Positions 1 to 8,916 of a stretch of DNA of 32,724 bases are shown here, in pieces. Source of the stretch: an uncultured virus (IMG/VR IMGVR_UViG_3300048503_000069) (Duplodnaviria; Heunggongvirae; Uroviricota; Caudoviricetes). The DNA lies in IMG/VR virus record IMGVR_UViG_3300048503_000069. One strand, written 5' to 3'. Position 1 is the first letter of the stretch. The number at the start of each line of letters is the position of its first letter. The notes under the pieces are model-generated. The model had not been told where the DNA came from. It saw only the letters and a program-made list of their open reading frames with translations, and made no database searches. Made by a program: the position numbers and the translations under genes.

Positions 1-2
1 AT

Positions 3-308
3 AAAGACATAATTCTAAAAGCGGCTCGATTTATGCCGAGTGCGCTTATGATTGACGAATGGCGAGCATTAATGGAATACGACCCGTTACCCGATGGAGA
101 TGGTGAATGTTTCGTTGTACCAATTAACGTGCAGGTTCTCTCTAGTCTAAAGAAAGGCATTGTGCAGGTTCCGGCCGTCGCGCCACCACCGCAAGCCGGT
201 AAAGAGGCATATGGTGAGACTCAAACGCCGTTCGGAAAGATTCGCGGTAAGAAGACGAAGCGACTCCGCGATTTAGAACGATACACACGACGACCGAGGA
301 AACAATAA
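3..308 (+). CDS. Portal protein, C-terminal part (HK97 family; 5' truncated by window edge)
   Basis: Frame is open from nt 3 (KDIILKAARF-MPS...). The segment LMIDEWRALMEYDPLPDGDGECFVVPIN matches the 'T.NE.R...G..P...GD....P.N' C-terminus of HK97-type portals. It lies upstream of protease and capsid genes. Confidence 0.8.
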   Translation, partial: KDIILKAARFMPSALMIDEWRALMEYDPLPDGDGECFVVPINVQVLSSLKKGIVQVPAVAPPPQAGKEAYGETQTPFGKIRGKKTKRLRDLERYTRRPRKQ

Positions 309-535
309 TGCCTACAAAATTGCCAATTATCACCTTAATGCCGCCCGACCACTGCGCTAACTGTAAAACGTCGTGGTTTAACGACGACGGTTCATCAAAA
401 CGATTTACATTATTTGGAACTCCCGAACATCTAAAGTGGCTCTGTAATCCGTGTTTTATAAAGCTTGCAACGCTCGAGAAAGAAGAGCAGAACAAGTTAA
501 TCGACGTGAAGTTGCTGCCTAACGATAATACCTAA
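308..535 (+). CDS. Small Zn-finger-like protein (CxxC...CxxC)
   Basis: HCANCK...WLCNPC; start overlaps the portal stop (TAATG). Confidence 0.65.
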   Translation: MPTKLPIITLMPPDHCANCKTSWFNDDGSSKRFTLFGTPEHLKWLCNPCFIKLATLEKEEQNKLIDVKLLPNDNT

Positions 536-548
536 CGGCGGTGGAATT

Positions 549-1160
549 ATGGAAGACTTAAAGAGGGACGTTAAGGCCGTTAAAACCGAACTTGACGCGG
601 AACTTAAGAAAATTAATGAGTTTAGTTCCAAGTTAGAAAAAAGTACCTCACTTATCGAAAGCATACGCGACGAACAAAAGCACGTTTCGCTTGTGCATAA
701 AGAAGAATTAGGCGCCATGGAAAACTGCGTGAAACAGTGTCAAATAAGCCTCGGTCAGCACGACGAGCGTCTTAAAGCGTACGAGGCAAACAGTATTCGA
801 CAAAACGGCATTCTTAATAAGCTCGACGAAAAAATCGACGAGTTGGGTACGGATATTCACGGCATTGTAACAAAAGTCGACGCTATGGATTTAAACATAG
901 CAAACCGGATGAACTCGATTGAGCGAAATGGCATAAAGCGAGAAAGCGCGACCGAAAAAGCAAGACTCGCCAGCGATGCAGCAACGAGAATAGCAACCAC
1001 GGAAGACATAGGCGAACTGCGTGCGGAGTTTATAAAACAAAACGCCGTAGAAACAAGCGCACTTCACTGGAAGATTATAGGCGCGCTTTCGTCACTTGCG
1101 TTCCTGTTTATTCTTGTATTTATTTCATATTCATTTCACGTATTTGGTGGATTACCCTAG
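549..1160 (+). CDS. Coiled-coil protein with a single C-terminal transmembrane helix
   Basis: Charged heptad-like body, then hydrophobic IIGALSSLAFLFILVFISYSF near the C-terminus; GGTGGA upstream of ATG. Confidence 0.7.
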   Translation: MEDLKRDVKAVKTELDAELKKINEFSSKLEKSTSLIESIRDEQKHVSLVHKEELGAMENCVKQCQISLGQHDERLKAYEANSIRQNGILNKLDEKIDELGTDIHGIVTKVDAMDLNIANRMNSIERNGIKRESATEKARLASDAATRIATTEDIGELRAEFIKQNAVETSALHWKIIGALSSLAFLFILVFISYSFHVFGGLP

Positions 1161-1249
1161 CCACAACGGGGGTATGAATGATGTTAATTCATTTATTAGA
1201 GAAAAACGGCATCTCGCTAGAGCATAAGACTGACGATAAGAGGTAGGAC

Positions 1250-1684
1250 ATGAGCGATAGACGCGCGTATTATGTAGAATACTGGCAACTTAATAAAGAG
1301 AGAATACACGCGCGACAAAGAAGGTATCGTCAAGAAAACGCTGATAAGATACGAGAGCGAAACCGCGCGTATTATAATACTCATCCCGAAGTTTGCCATG
1401 CGATACTAAAGCGCGCTAATCATAAACGCAGAGTGAATAAAGCAGGCAATGGCGGTTCGTTTACATTCGACGAAGAAATGGAACTCTTCGCTTGGCAGCG
1501 CGGCGATTGTCATTACTGTGGTGAATTTTTGTACGTGGCTATGCCATATCACGTCGACCACAAAATCCCGATTTCTCGTGGTGGGTCGAATAATATTGAT
1601 AATATTGCGTTAACGTGTCCGTCTTGTAACCGTAGACAACATGCGAAGACGGAATTAGAATTTTTACAGGAGCTGGCTACATGA
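1250..1684 (+). CDS. HNH endonuclease
   Basis: CHYC...HVDHKIPISRGGSNNIDNIALTCPSCN; N-terminal basic helical repeats (YWQLNKERI, YRQENADKI); RBS GAGGT; stop overlaps the protease start (ATGA). Confidence 0.9.
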   Translation: MSDRRAYYVEYWQLNKERIHARQRRYRQENADKIRERNRAYYNTHPEVCHAILKRANHKRRVNKAGNGGSFTFDEEMELFAWQRGDCHYCGEFLYVAMPYHVDHKIPISRGGSNNIDNIALTCPSCNRRQHAKTELEFLQELAT

Positions 1685-3927
1685 CACTTACAAAAGACGT
1701 GATTCAAGGCACGCCGCGTTTTAAGACGCTAAAACTATCGGAGGTTAAAGACGTTTCGACACCTAGTGCGATGCGTCTCGCTTTTACGATTAGTAACGAA
1801 GAGATAGACCGCGATGGCGATAGTTTAGACGCAAAAGGCTGGACGCTCGGGAACTATGTTAAAAACCCCGTCGTTATGTGGGCGCATCAGTACGATAAGT
1901 TGCCCGTTGGTAAAGCTATAAAAACTTGGGTAGATGTAGACGCGCTTAAATCCGTTGTTGAATTTACACCAGATGAACTTTATTTAGACGAGAAAGGTAA
2001 CGACACCTATAAAGGAATACGTGGTTCAACGTGTTTTAATTTTTATAAAAATGGATTCTTAAACGCCGTTTCTGCCGGTTTTTACCCAATAGATTGGGAA
2101 GCAATGAAAAAACAAGACGACGGAGCGAATAGCATGATAGGCGGTACGCACTTTATGAAGCAAGATTTAATTGAATACTCTTGCGTACCTGTGCCGTCGA
2201 ATCCCGGAGCGCTGCAAATAGGCGCGAGCGCGAAGGACGTTACGAATAATGAACTTAAATCAATGAGAGCAGAGGTCAAGAAATGGGCCGAATATGCCCT
2301 TAAAAATTGTTCATGTCCTAACGAAAAAGCGTTAGGAGTTTCAGATGAGGCCGCAGGTGGCGCACTTGTGCCTGAAGGCGGCGACACTAATAATAAAGGA
2401 GATGTCAAAATGCGAAAAGGAGCGATAAGTTATAAAGACGCTCACCCAAACGGCACGCCACTCTCTGCTAAAGACGCCACGTGGAACGCTAATTTAGAAC
2501 GCTCTAAGGCTACTAAGGCGGAGCACTTCAAGGCGATGCACGCAGGATTTACCGGCGATGACGAGTCGACTAAAGATGGTTATCAATATGCACATCACAC
2601 AGGCGACGCGCCTCACGAAGTTAATCTAAAAGCGGTTAAGCGAATCGGTAAAGCCGTCGCTGCACAGCTACTCGTCACACCAGAACAGGACGACGAGGGA
2701 CATATGAAACAAGCCGCTACACAAGAAGGCGACGTTGACCATCTAGGTTTTACGCAAAATGATAATCAGATTATTCTCGACCATATGAATCAACATATGA
2801 GCGAGTTTAAAGAAAACATACCGTGGGATACAAGTACTAACGGTCAATCCGGCTCTGCTAAGCAAAAGGAAGTTGAATCTAAAGAAGATGCCGTAGAATC
2901 TAAAGACGTCGAAGACGAAACTAAAGACGTCGAAGAGGCTACGAAAGAAGTCGACGAGAAAGCTCTAGCAGCTAACGAAGACGCGTGCGGCGAGTGCAAG
3001 AACTTCAAAGACGGGCAGTGCAATCAAGATGAAACTCCCGACTCGTGCGATAACGCAAACGAAGATGAAGAGCCGCCTAAAGACGAAGAGAAGCACGAGA
3101 AGAAGGAAGTAGAGGGTACGACGACTAAGGGTGCAATTCCTTATATGAAAACACCACTAGCCAGTGAAGACGCCGCGTGGGACGGCCCCGGTCAAATCGC
3201 AGCAGCCGAACCTGATGATTTAAAGATTATGTGTACGTGGGTCGACCCTGATGGTGACCCCGACGCGAAGAGTAGTTACAAGCTTCCGCATCACCAATCA
3301 AGCGGCCAGCACTCGTGCGTATTAAACGGCGTGCGTGGTTGCGGTGGAGCAATACAAGGAGCACGTAGTCCGCTTAAAGTTCCTGCTGGCGATATTGCGG
3401 CTATTAAATCACATCTCGAGAAGCACTACCACGATTTCGGCGATAGCGCACCGTGGGAGTCCGACGACGAGAAAGAAGCGACTAAACTATTCGAAAAAAT
3501 GATGGATATTACGACGACGAAGGCAGGTAGACGAATCTCTAAGAGTACCGGAGAAGCACTTAATGAGGCTCTCGGTAAATTTAGCGAAGGATTCGGGCAT
3601 CACGAAGCCGGTATGAAAGCACACGAGTCAGTCACAAAAGCGCACGCGAAAGCGGCAACAGCTCACGATGAGGCTATAAAGTGCTATAAAGCTGGTTTTG
3701 ATGCAGTTAAATCGGTTCTCGATAAGGAAGAGGGCGGTGACGACGAACAGAACACCGAACCCGAAGACCAAGAGCCGGTAACACCCGGACAAGAACCGAT
3801 TACACCCGGACAACCGACCGCAAAGAAACTCGAAGACGTCGAAGAAGTCTACATCGTCGACGTGAATGAGCTTGGTGAGATGTTAAAAGACACCGTAACC
3901 GAGCTTAAAAAGCAATTAGATTTGTAG
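1681..3927 (+). CDS. HK97-family prohead maturation protease with ~500-aa C-terminal extension (scaffold/core-like)
   Basis: IDRDGD...YVKNPVVMWAHQY...PVGK, LNAVSAGF, LIEYSCVPVPSNPGAL are typical HK97 protease motifs. The extension holds a duplicated domain, acidic repeats and KAGRRIS. Confidence 0.92.
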   Translation: MTLTKDVIQGTPRFKTLKLSEVKDVSTPSAMRLAFTISNEEIDRDGDSLDAKGWTLGNYVKNPVVMWAHQYDKLPVGKAIKTWVDVDALKSVVEFTPDELYLDEKGNDTYKGIRGSTCFNFYKNGFLNAVSAGFYPIDWEAMKKQDDGANSMIGGTHFMKQDLIEYSCVPVPSNPGALQIGASAKDVTNNELKSMRAEVKKWAEYALKNCSCPNEKALGVSDEAAGGALVPEGGDTNNKGDVKMRKGAISYKDAHPNGTPLSAKDATWNANLERSKATKAEHFKAMHAGFTGDDESTKDGYQYAHHTGDAPHEVNLKAVKRIGKAVAAQLLVTPEQDDEGHMKQAATQEGDVDHLGFTQNDNQIILDHMNQHMSEFKENIPWDTSTNGQSGSAKQKEVESKEDAVESKDVEDETKDVEEATKEVDEKALAANEDACGECKNFKDGQCNQDETPDSCDNANEDEEPPKDEEKHEKKEVEGTTTKGAIPYMKTPLASEDAAWDGPGQIAAAEPDDLKIMCTWVDPDGDPDAKSSYKLPHHQSSGQHSCVLNGVRGCGGAIQGARSPLKVPAGDIAAIKSHLEKHYHDFGDSAPWESDDEKEATKLFEKMMDITTTKAGRRISKSTGEALNEALGKFSEGFGHHEAGMKAHESVTKAHAKAATAHDEAIKCYKAGFDAVKSVLDKEEGGDDEQNTEPEDQEPVTPGQEPITPGQPTAKKLEDVEEVYIVDVNELGEMLKDTVTELKKQLDL
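2866..2961 (+). repeat. Acidic ~7-aa (21-nt) tandem repeats inside the protease extension
   Basis: KEVES/KEDAVES/KDVEDET/KDVEEAT/KEVDEK; the exact 16-mer CTAAAGACGTCGAAGA occurs at 2900 and 2921. Confidence 0.8.
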
Positions 3928-3960
3928 GCTGCGCCTGTTCGTAACTTAAAATAGCGCAGC
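3928..3960 (+). promoter_or_regulatory. Intergenic stem-loop between protease and capsid genes
   Basis: GCTGCGC (3928-3934) pairs with GCGCAGC (3954-3960) around an AT-rich loop. Confidence 0.55.
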
Positions 3961-3980
3961 TTAAAGATGGAGATATATCT

Positions 3981-5225
3981 ATGGAAGAAGCACATATGAC
4001 GCGCAATGATATTAGCGCGTTGATTAAGGAGATGCTTGCTCCCGTTATGGAAGATGTTAAGAAAGGCGCGGCAATCCGCGACAATCTTAACGTTCGTTCA
4101 CAACTTGGAGGCGAGCAAACCTCTACGAAAACCGCTGCTTCAGCTCAGATGGGAAATACGGTTAGCGGATTCATTAAAGCTCTCGTTATGGCTGAGAAGA
4201 ACCGTGAAAGCCCACTTAACTTCGCAACTAGAGTCTTCGGCGATAAAGCCGAAGTTACAAAGGCTCTTAGTGCGAATCAAGATGTTAGTGGTGGGTTTTT
4301 GGTTCCAGAAGTCCTATCGACTGAGATTATTGAATTCCTAAGACCCGCCTCTGTTATGCGTTCTATGGGCGCTCGAGTGCTACCCCTCAACAACCTTCAG
4401 ATGAGTATTCCGAAGGTGACGGGTGGTGCCAATGCAACCTATGTTGGTGAGAATATTAACATTCAAGCCACGGAACAGAGCTTTGGTCAAATAACACTTG
4501 CAGCTAAGAAACTAGCCGCACTTGTCCCAATCTCAAACGAGCTTTTGCAGGTAAACACAATCGCTGCCGACCAAATCGTACGAGAAGACCTCGTTAAAGC
4601 GATGGCGCAGCGCGAAGACCAAGCCTTTATGCGCGGTGACGGCACCGTGAATACCCCGAAGGGTCTCCTTAACTGGATTAGCCCGACGAACGTATTCGCA
4701 GCCACGCAACCCGCAGCACAGACTGGTACGCCTACGTATTCTAACCTTCAGAGTGTCACGAATGACCTCGCGACGTGCATCCTCAAATTGCGCCAAGCCA
4801 ACATTCCAATGACAAACTGCGGTTGGATATTCGCACCTCAGATTGAGTATTACCTTATGACCATAAGGGATTCGCTCGGTAACTACGCTTTCCAGCCCGA
4901 AATGGCGACAGGCAAGTTGCTTAGATTCCCCTACGCTGTCACGACTCAGATTCCGACTAACCTAACTGATTCAACTACAGGTAGTCCGGTTTCTAACTGT
5001 TCAGAAATCTACTTTGTGAACTTCGATGACGCGTTCATTGGCGACTCGATGCAGGTTCGAATAGACGTTAGCAATACGGCGGCTTATTACGATGGAATGA
5101 ACGTCGTAGCAACCTTCTCGGAAGACCAGACGGTTATTCGAGCGGTTAGTATGCACGATTTCGCAATGCGATACGACCTCGCTGGCGCTGTTATGAAGTC
5201 AGTTAAAGGTTGGGGCGCTGCATAA
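3981..5225 (+). CDS. Major capsid protein, HK97 fold, with N-terminal delta domain
   Basis: KALSANQDVSGGFLVPE, YVGE, FGQITLAAKKLAALVPISNELL, GDGTVNTPKGL, IRDSLGNYAF; RBS GGAG. Probable cleavage after K94. Confidence 0.95.
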   Translation: MEEAHMTRNDISALIKEMLAPVMEDVKKGAAIRDNLNVRSQLGGEQTSTKTAASAQMGNTVSGFIKALVMAEKNRESPLNFATRVFGDKAEVTKALSANQDVSGGFLVPEVLSTEIIEFLRPASVMRSMGARVLPLNNLQMSIPKVTGGANATYVGENINIQATEQSFGQITLAAKKLAALVPISNELLQVNTIAADQIVREDLVKAMAQREDQAFMRGDGTVNTPKGLLNWISPTNVFAATQPAAQTGTPTYSNLQSVTNDLATCILKLRQANIPMTNCGWIFAPQIEYYLMTIRDSLGNYAFQPEMATGKLLRFPYAVTTQIPTNLTDSTTGSPVSNCSEIYFVNFDDAFIGDSMQVRIDVSNTAAYYDGMNVVATFSEDQTVIRAVSMHDFAMRYDLAGAVMKSVKGWGAA

Positions 5226-5239
5226 AGGAGTGAGGAAAA

Positions 5240-5866
5240 ATGAGATATTACGATATTTCAGGTAGAGTACAGGTTGTTAACCTCGCTCACGCAGTAACGG
5301 TTACGCCCGGCGCGTCTCCCGCTACAACGCACATCGACCCCGGAGATACAAACTGTCTCTTCATCGACCGAACTGGCTACTACTCGTATATTCTACAAGT
5401 AGTGCTAAAGGGTGCGATGACGGCCACGAACACCACATCTCTAGCTGTTAAAATGCAGTCTTCGACCGATGGAACTTCGTTCACGAGTCCTACGGACTTC
5501 ACGAGCGTTACCTCAACCGACGCGGACTATAAACAGCTCTACTTTAACGCAACCGGTTCGACAGCCGCATATAACGCGGTTCCTGCGGGATTCCAAGACC
5601 AGCCGTATGTGTTTACGTCGCCTACAGGCGCGTCCGCAACGGCTACCGTTCTCGACGCCCGAATCTTTGGGTCACTTCGAGACGCTAACGTTATTGGAAA
5701 GTATATCGCGCCTTATGTGACTTTCGTTAATACGAAGGTTGCTGGAAACGCGGATACTACGCTTACCGCAGACGTTAACATACTGCTTGGCGCTGGCGAC
5801 TCAATGCCCGTTATAAGTGGCGGTACGATGGGCGGAACTAAGCCCTACTACTCCGCAGGGCAGTAA
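5240..5866 (+). CDS. Putative capsid decoration/cement protein
   Basis: Directly after the MCP; IDRTGYYS...AVKMQSSTDG pattern seen in beta-sandwich head proteins; strong RBS (GGAGTGAGG). Confidence 0.55.
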   Translation: MRYYDISGRVQVVNLAHAVTVTPGASPATTHIDPGDTNCLFIDRTGYYSYILQVVLKGAMTATNTTSLAVKMQSSTDGTSFTSPTDFTSVTSTDADYKQLYFNATGSTAAYNAVPAGFQDQPYVFTSPTGASATATVLDARIFGSLRDANVIGKYIAPYVTFVNTKVAGNADTTLTADVNILLGAGDSMPVISGGTMGGTKPYYSAGQ

Positions 5867-5874
5867 GCGAGAAA

Positions 5875-6081
5875 ATGAGAGAAATACAATTCGTGCAAGT
5901 AGTACCACCGTATAACATAGGTGAAATAGCGTCCTTTTCCGAAGAGGAAGCACATAGACTCGTCTTAAGCGGCGTAGCTCGATACGTCGAGCATAAACGC
6001 CCCGAGCCTAAAGTTTCTAAAATGGTAGAGACGCCGCCGAAAGATAAGATGGTTCGAAGCGCGAATGTAAAGAAAAAGTGA
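5875..6081 (+). CDS. Small head-associated protein
   Basis: YNIGEIASFSEEEAHRLVLSGVARYV...PPKDKMV, a pattern commonly found just downstream of MCP genes. Confidence 0.6.
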   Translation: MREIQFVQVVPPYNIGEIASFSEEEAHRLVLSGVARYVEHKRPEPKVSKMVETPPKDKMVRSANVKKK

Positions 6082-6118
6082 GAGAAAACTCTCTCACCCT
6101 CCCTTTTTTAAAAGGAGG
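6078..6118 (+). promoter_or_regulatory. Tandem hairpins; the second occludes the RBS of the next gene
   Basis: GTGAGAGA-AAAC-TCTCTCAC (6078-6097), then CCTCC (6098-6102)/T6/A4/GGAGG (6114-6118). Confidence 0.6.
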
Positions 6119-6123
6119 CGAAA

Positions 6124-6708
6124 ATGACAAAAACATTAGTTTCTGCTGATTCGGCTGGTTGTCTTTACGTAGACTATACGTGTGCGTTTAAAACCGCTGA
6201 TATTGCAAGTAAGGCAGTTACCACGGCCTTAATTAATGACCAAGCCGTTACAGCAGCACAAATAGCAAACGGCACGATTACCACAACGCAGGTATCCGCA
6301 ACAGCAGGTATTCTCGGTTCTCAATTAGGCGCTGGAACGATTCATCAAGTGAAAGGAACCGTAACGTGGAACGGTGGCGCTACACAGGCAATAGCGACAC
6401 TTCCCGCAGGCGCGATTCTACTTCAAGCAATTTCTGTTTGTACTACGGCTTTCGATGGCTCAGGCCCAGCGGTAACGATTGGTTATACAGGCAATCAAAC
6501 TAAAATAATTACCGCTTCGACATTAACGCTTAACGCTGTAACTGGCGAAGTTGCATCTTCATTAGGTGCAGACCTCTACGACGCGACGGCTATGAAACGT
6601 GTAAAGTTTTACGCAGCTCAGACGGTAGTTAACGGCTATCTTACCGCAGGCGGTAGCGCAACAGTCGGTTCGCTTGACGTTTATCTAATCTACGTTCAAA
6701 CCGCTTAA
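6124..6708 (+). CDS. Putative head fibre/decoration protein
   Basis: 10-aa repeats IASKAVTTAL/INDQAVTAAQ/IANGTITTTQ, then a beta-sandwich-like ATLPAGAIL...TAFDGSG domain. Confidence 0.55.
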   Translation: MTKTLVSADSAGCLYVDYTCAFKTADIASKAVTTALINDQAVTAAQIANGTITTTQVSATAGILGSQLGAGTIHQVKGTVTWNGGATQAIATLPAGAILLQAISVCTTAFDGSGPAVTIGYTGNQTKIITASTLTLNAVTGEVASSLGADLYDATAMKRVKFYAAQTVVNGYLTAGGSATVGSLDVYLIYVQTA

Positions 6709-6722
6709 GGAGGTTCAAGAAG

Positions 6723-7226
6723 ATGAGCTTCCCAAAGAACCCACGCGTCGGTATAGATACTGAAGGCGATATGAGTGGTGCTGCGTGGAACGCGGCTGCT
6801 ACCGCTAAAATCGAATGGGCTGATTTGTTTAACAGCCTAATGACGACCGATTCTAATTCGAATCCTGCACTTAACACGAAAGTCGCCGTAACTGTTGATA
6901 CCGTTAGTTTAGAAGGCGTAAGCGCTGTAAATGACACAATTCCCGTTACAATAGTTGCACCGACGACCAATGTCGATGGCGCAATTACTGAGTCTGATAT
7001 GCTCGCACATCGCTTCGAGACTCTTTCAACGCCGTGCGGGGCGCGGATTAGAGTAGTCGCTGACGCGGGTAACGGCGTTTCCGGTGTTTTAATCGGTAAC
7101 ACGAACACACCACACTTCCCACTATATGCGGGTCTTTCAATCGACCTCGCGTGCTCGGATTTACATAATCTCTACTACCAGTTTCAACACGCAGGCGATA
7201 AGATTTACTACATAACAACGGCCTGA
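6723..7226 (+). CDS. Putative virion structural protein (small C-terminal beta-sandwich)
   Basis: RBS AAGGAGGT; IRVVADAGN...VLIG...FPLYAG.SI...LY pattern; located in the head module. Confidence 0.5.
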   Translation: MSFPKNPRVGIDTEGDMSGAAWNAAATAKIEWADLFNSLMTTDSNSNPALNTKVAVTVDTVSLEGVSAVNDTIPVTIVAPTTNVDGAITESDMLAHRFETLSTPCGARIRVVADAGNGVSGVLIGNTNTPHFPLYAGLSIDLACSDLHNLYYQFQHAGDKIYYITTA

Positions 7227-7236
7227 GAGTGAGATA

Positions 7237-7908
7237 ATGAAGCGCTCTATTAACGTGATAACGCCGCCACAAGACGAGAGTGGTAATCCGGTTTATCCCG
7301 TCACGTATGACCAAGCGTGCGTCTTTCTTCACGTCGACCCATCTAACCCGACGGCGCAACAGGACTTAATAAACGGTTGCATAGCTGCGGCTACGGGAAT
7401 GGTCGAGAAATACATAGGTAGAGCGCTCTTAACGCAAACGCTTCAAATGGAGTTTATGCCGAATCCACCCGAGATTCTACCGTTTAGACTTCATTTATTT
7501 AGAGCTGCACCATTACAGAATGTTTTAAACGTAACCGCTTACGACCAAGAAGGCGTCGCGCACGTGCAAAATTCAGATGTTTACCACGTCGACACGATGA
7601 CAATTCCCGGAAGACTTCAGCTTCTTATGGGTTTTTGGTGGGATTACTACGTTTTTGGCTATTATACGGTCGAATACGTAGCTGGATTCGGGGATGACCC
7701 AAGCGCAGTCCCGCCGGAGATTAAACAAGCGATATTAGCACAGACCTCTCAAATTTATCAATCTGCGGAAGATTTCGATTATGCAATGGCACCACAAGCC
7801 GAGGTTCTATTACAGGATTGGAAACTAGACGAATTCGACTACACCGACAGCTCAGCCGTGAAGTGGAGTCCGTTCGGCACGGCCTCGCTTGGCTACGGGT
7901 ATCGATGA
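7237..7908 (+). CDS. Head-tail connector/adaptor (HK97 gp6 / SPP1 gp15-like)
   Basis: LINGCIAAATGMVEKYIGRALLTQT, APLQNV, VEYVAGFGDDPSAVPPEIKQAIL. Confidence 0.9.
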   Translation: MKRSINVITPPQDESGNPVYPVTYDQACVFLHVDPSNPTAQQDLINGCIAAATGMVEKYIGRALLTQTLQMEFMPNPPEILPFRLHLFRAAPLQNVLNVTAYDQEGVAHVQNSDVYHVDTMTIPGRLQLLMGFWWDYYVFGYYTVEYVAGFGDDPSAVPPEIKQAILAQTSQIYQSAEDFDYAMAPQAEVLLQDWKLDEFDYTDSSAVKWSPFGTASLGYGYR

Positions 7909-8000
7909 CGAAAATAAAAGGGGAGTCGCTTAGCTTAAAAGCGCGCTTAGCGAAGAAATTCCCGAACGGGTTTCGAAAGAAGAAGAAGGCTAGAAAATGA
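7905..8000 (+). CDS. 31-aa highly basic peptide
   Basis: MTKIKGESLSLKARLAKKFPNGFRKKKKARK; ATGA overlaps with both neighbouring genes and it fills the gap exactly. Confidence 0.55.
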   Translation: MTKIKGESLSLKARLAKKFPNGFRKKKKARK

Positions 8001-8440
8001 CGATAACCGACATCAGGTTTGACCCGTCACCAGCGCCAACTAAACGAAACCCGCGAAACACCCTTTATCAGTTACGTAGAAAAATCGTCTTTCAGCGCTA
8101 TAATGGTCTAAAAACCGGCGATGAACTCCACGGTCACCCGTATAACGACTATCAAGATTATCTAGTAGGTATAGATGGCACCGGCATAGACGCGGACATT
8201 CAGACGCCCAACCCAAGCGACGTAATAATAGCCGGTCAAATGCAAGAGATTCTTACTCATTCGATTCTTGTGCGTTACGACCCTCGAATAGACCCGCGAA
8301 TGATTATTAAATATACAAATCAGGACACCGGCGTATCGAGGTACTGGTATATCGTAACGCTTACGAATCCCGACTTTGAGTGGCATTATTGGAGAATCGG
8401 CGCGGTAGAAATCGTAGAATTCGACGACGAGGGAATATAA
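7997..8440 (+). CDS. Head closure/stopper protein (SPP1 gp16-like)
   Basis: LRRKIVFQ...THSILVRYDPRIDPRMIIKY...YI; position after the connector. Confidence 0.85.
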   Translation: MTITDIRFDPSPAPTKRNPRNTLYQLRRKIVFQRYNGLKTGDELHGHPYNDYQDYLVGIDGTGIDADIQTPNPSDVIIAGQMQEILTHSILVRYDPRIDPRMIIKYTNQDTGVSRYWYIVTLTNPDFEWHYWRIGAVEIVEFDDEGI

Positions 8441-8916
8441 TGGTAGGCGCAGGTTGTGATGTCACAGGCATATCGGCAGTCGTCGCACGATTCGGCGACC
8501 TTCAAGCGACAGGCACATCAACCGCGTTAGTAGCCGCGATAAACGCAGGTTTAGCAATCGTAGAAACGTCGGCTAAGGTGAAGGTTCATTCAAAGAGCGG
8601 TCAGCTTAAAATTAGTATTCACACGATACCGGCAACACCCGGCAATTTAGAAGGGCGTGTCGTCACCGGAAAGACATACGGGTGGTATGTAGAGAAAGGA
8701 ACGAAACCACACATCATTGTTCCGGTAAACAAGTTAGCGTTACACTTTGAATGGGAAGCGTACGGCGCGGAAGTGTTCACAAAGCAGGTTAATCATCCGG
8801 GTTCTCAGGCGTATCCGTTTCTACAACCTGCGTTAGAAGAGAACGTAGAAGACATAAAAGCTTCCGTTATGCTCGCGCTTCAAATGGAATTTATGAAGAA
8901 TGGTCTTTCACTATGA
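8440..8916 (+). CDS. HK97 gp10-like neck/tail completion protein
   Basis: SGQLKISI, YGWYVEKGTKPHII, VNHPGSQAYPFLQPAL. The start is more likely ATG 8440 (TAATG overlap) than 8380. Confidence 0.85.
   Translation: MVGAGCDVTGISAVVARFGDLQATGTSTALVAAINAGLAIVETSAKVKVHSKSGQLKISIHTIPATPGNLEGRVVTGKTYGWYVEKGTKPHIIVPVNKLALHFEWEAYGAEVFTKQVNHPGSQAYPFLQPALEENVEDIKASVMLALQMEFMKNGLSL

Noticed and set aside
1681..3927. Intein explaining the long protease
   Set aside because: No intein N-terminal or HN/C C-terminal motifs and no LAGLIDADG blocks; the extension is terminal rather than inserted.
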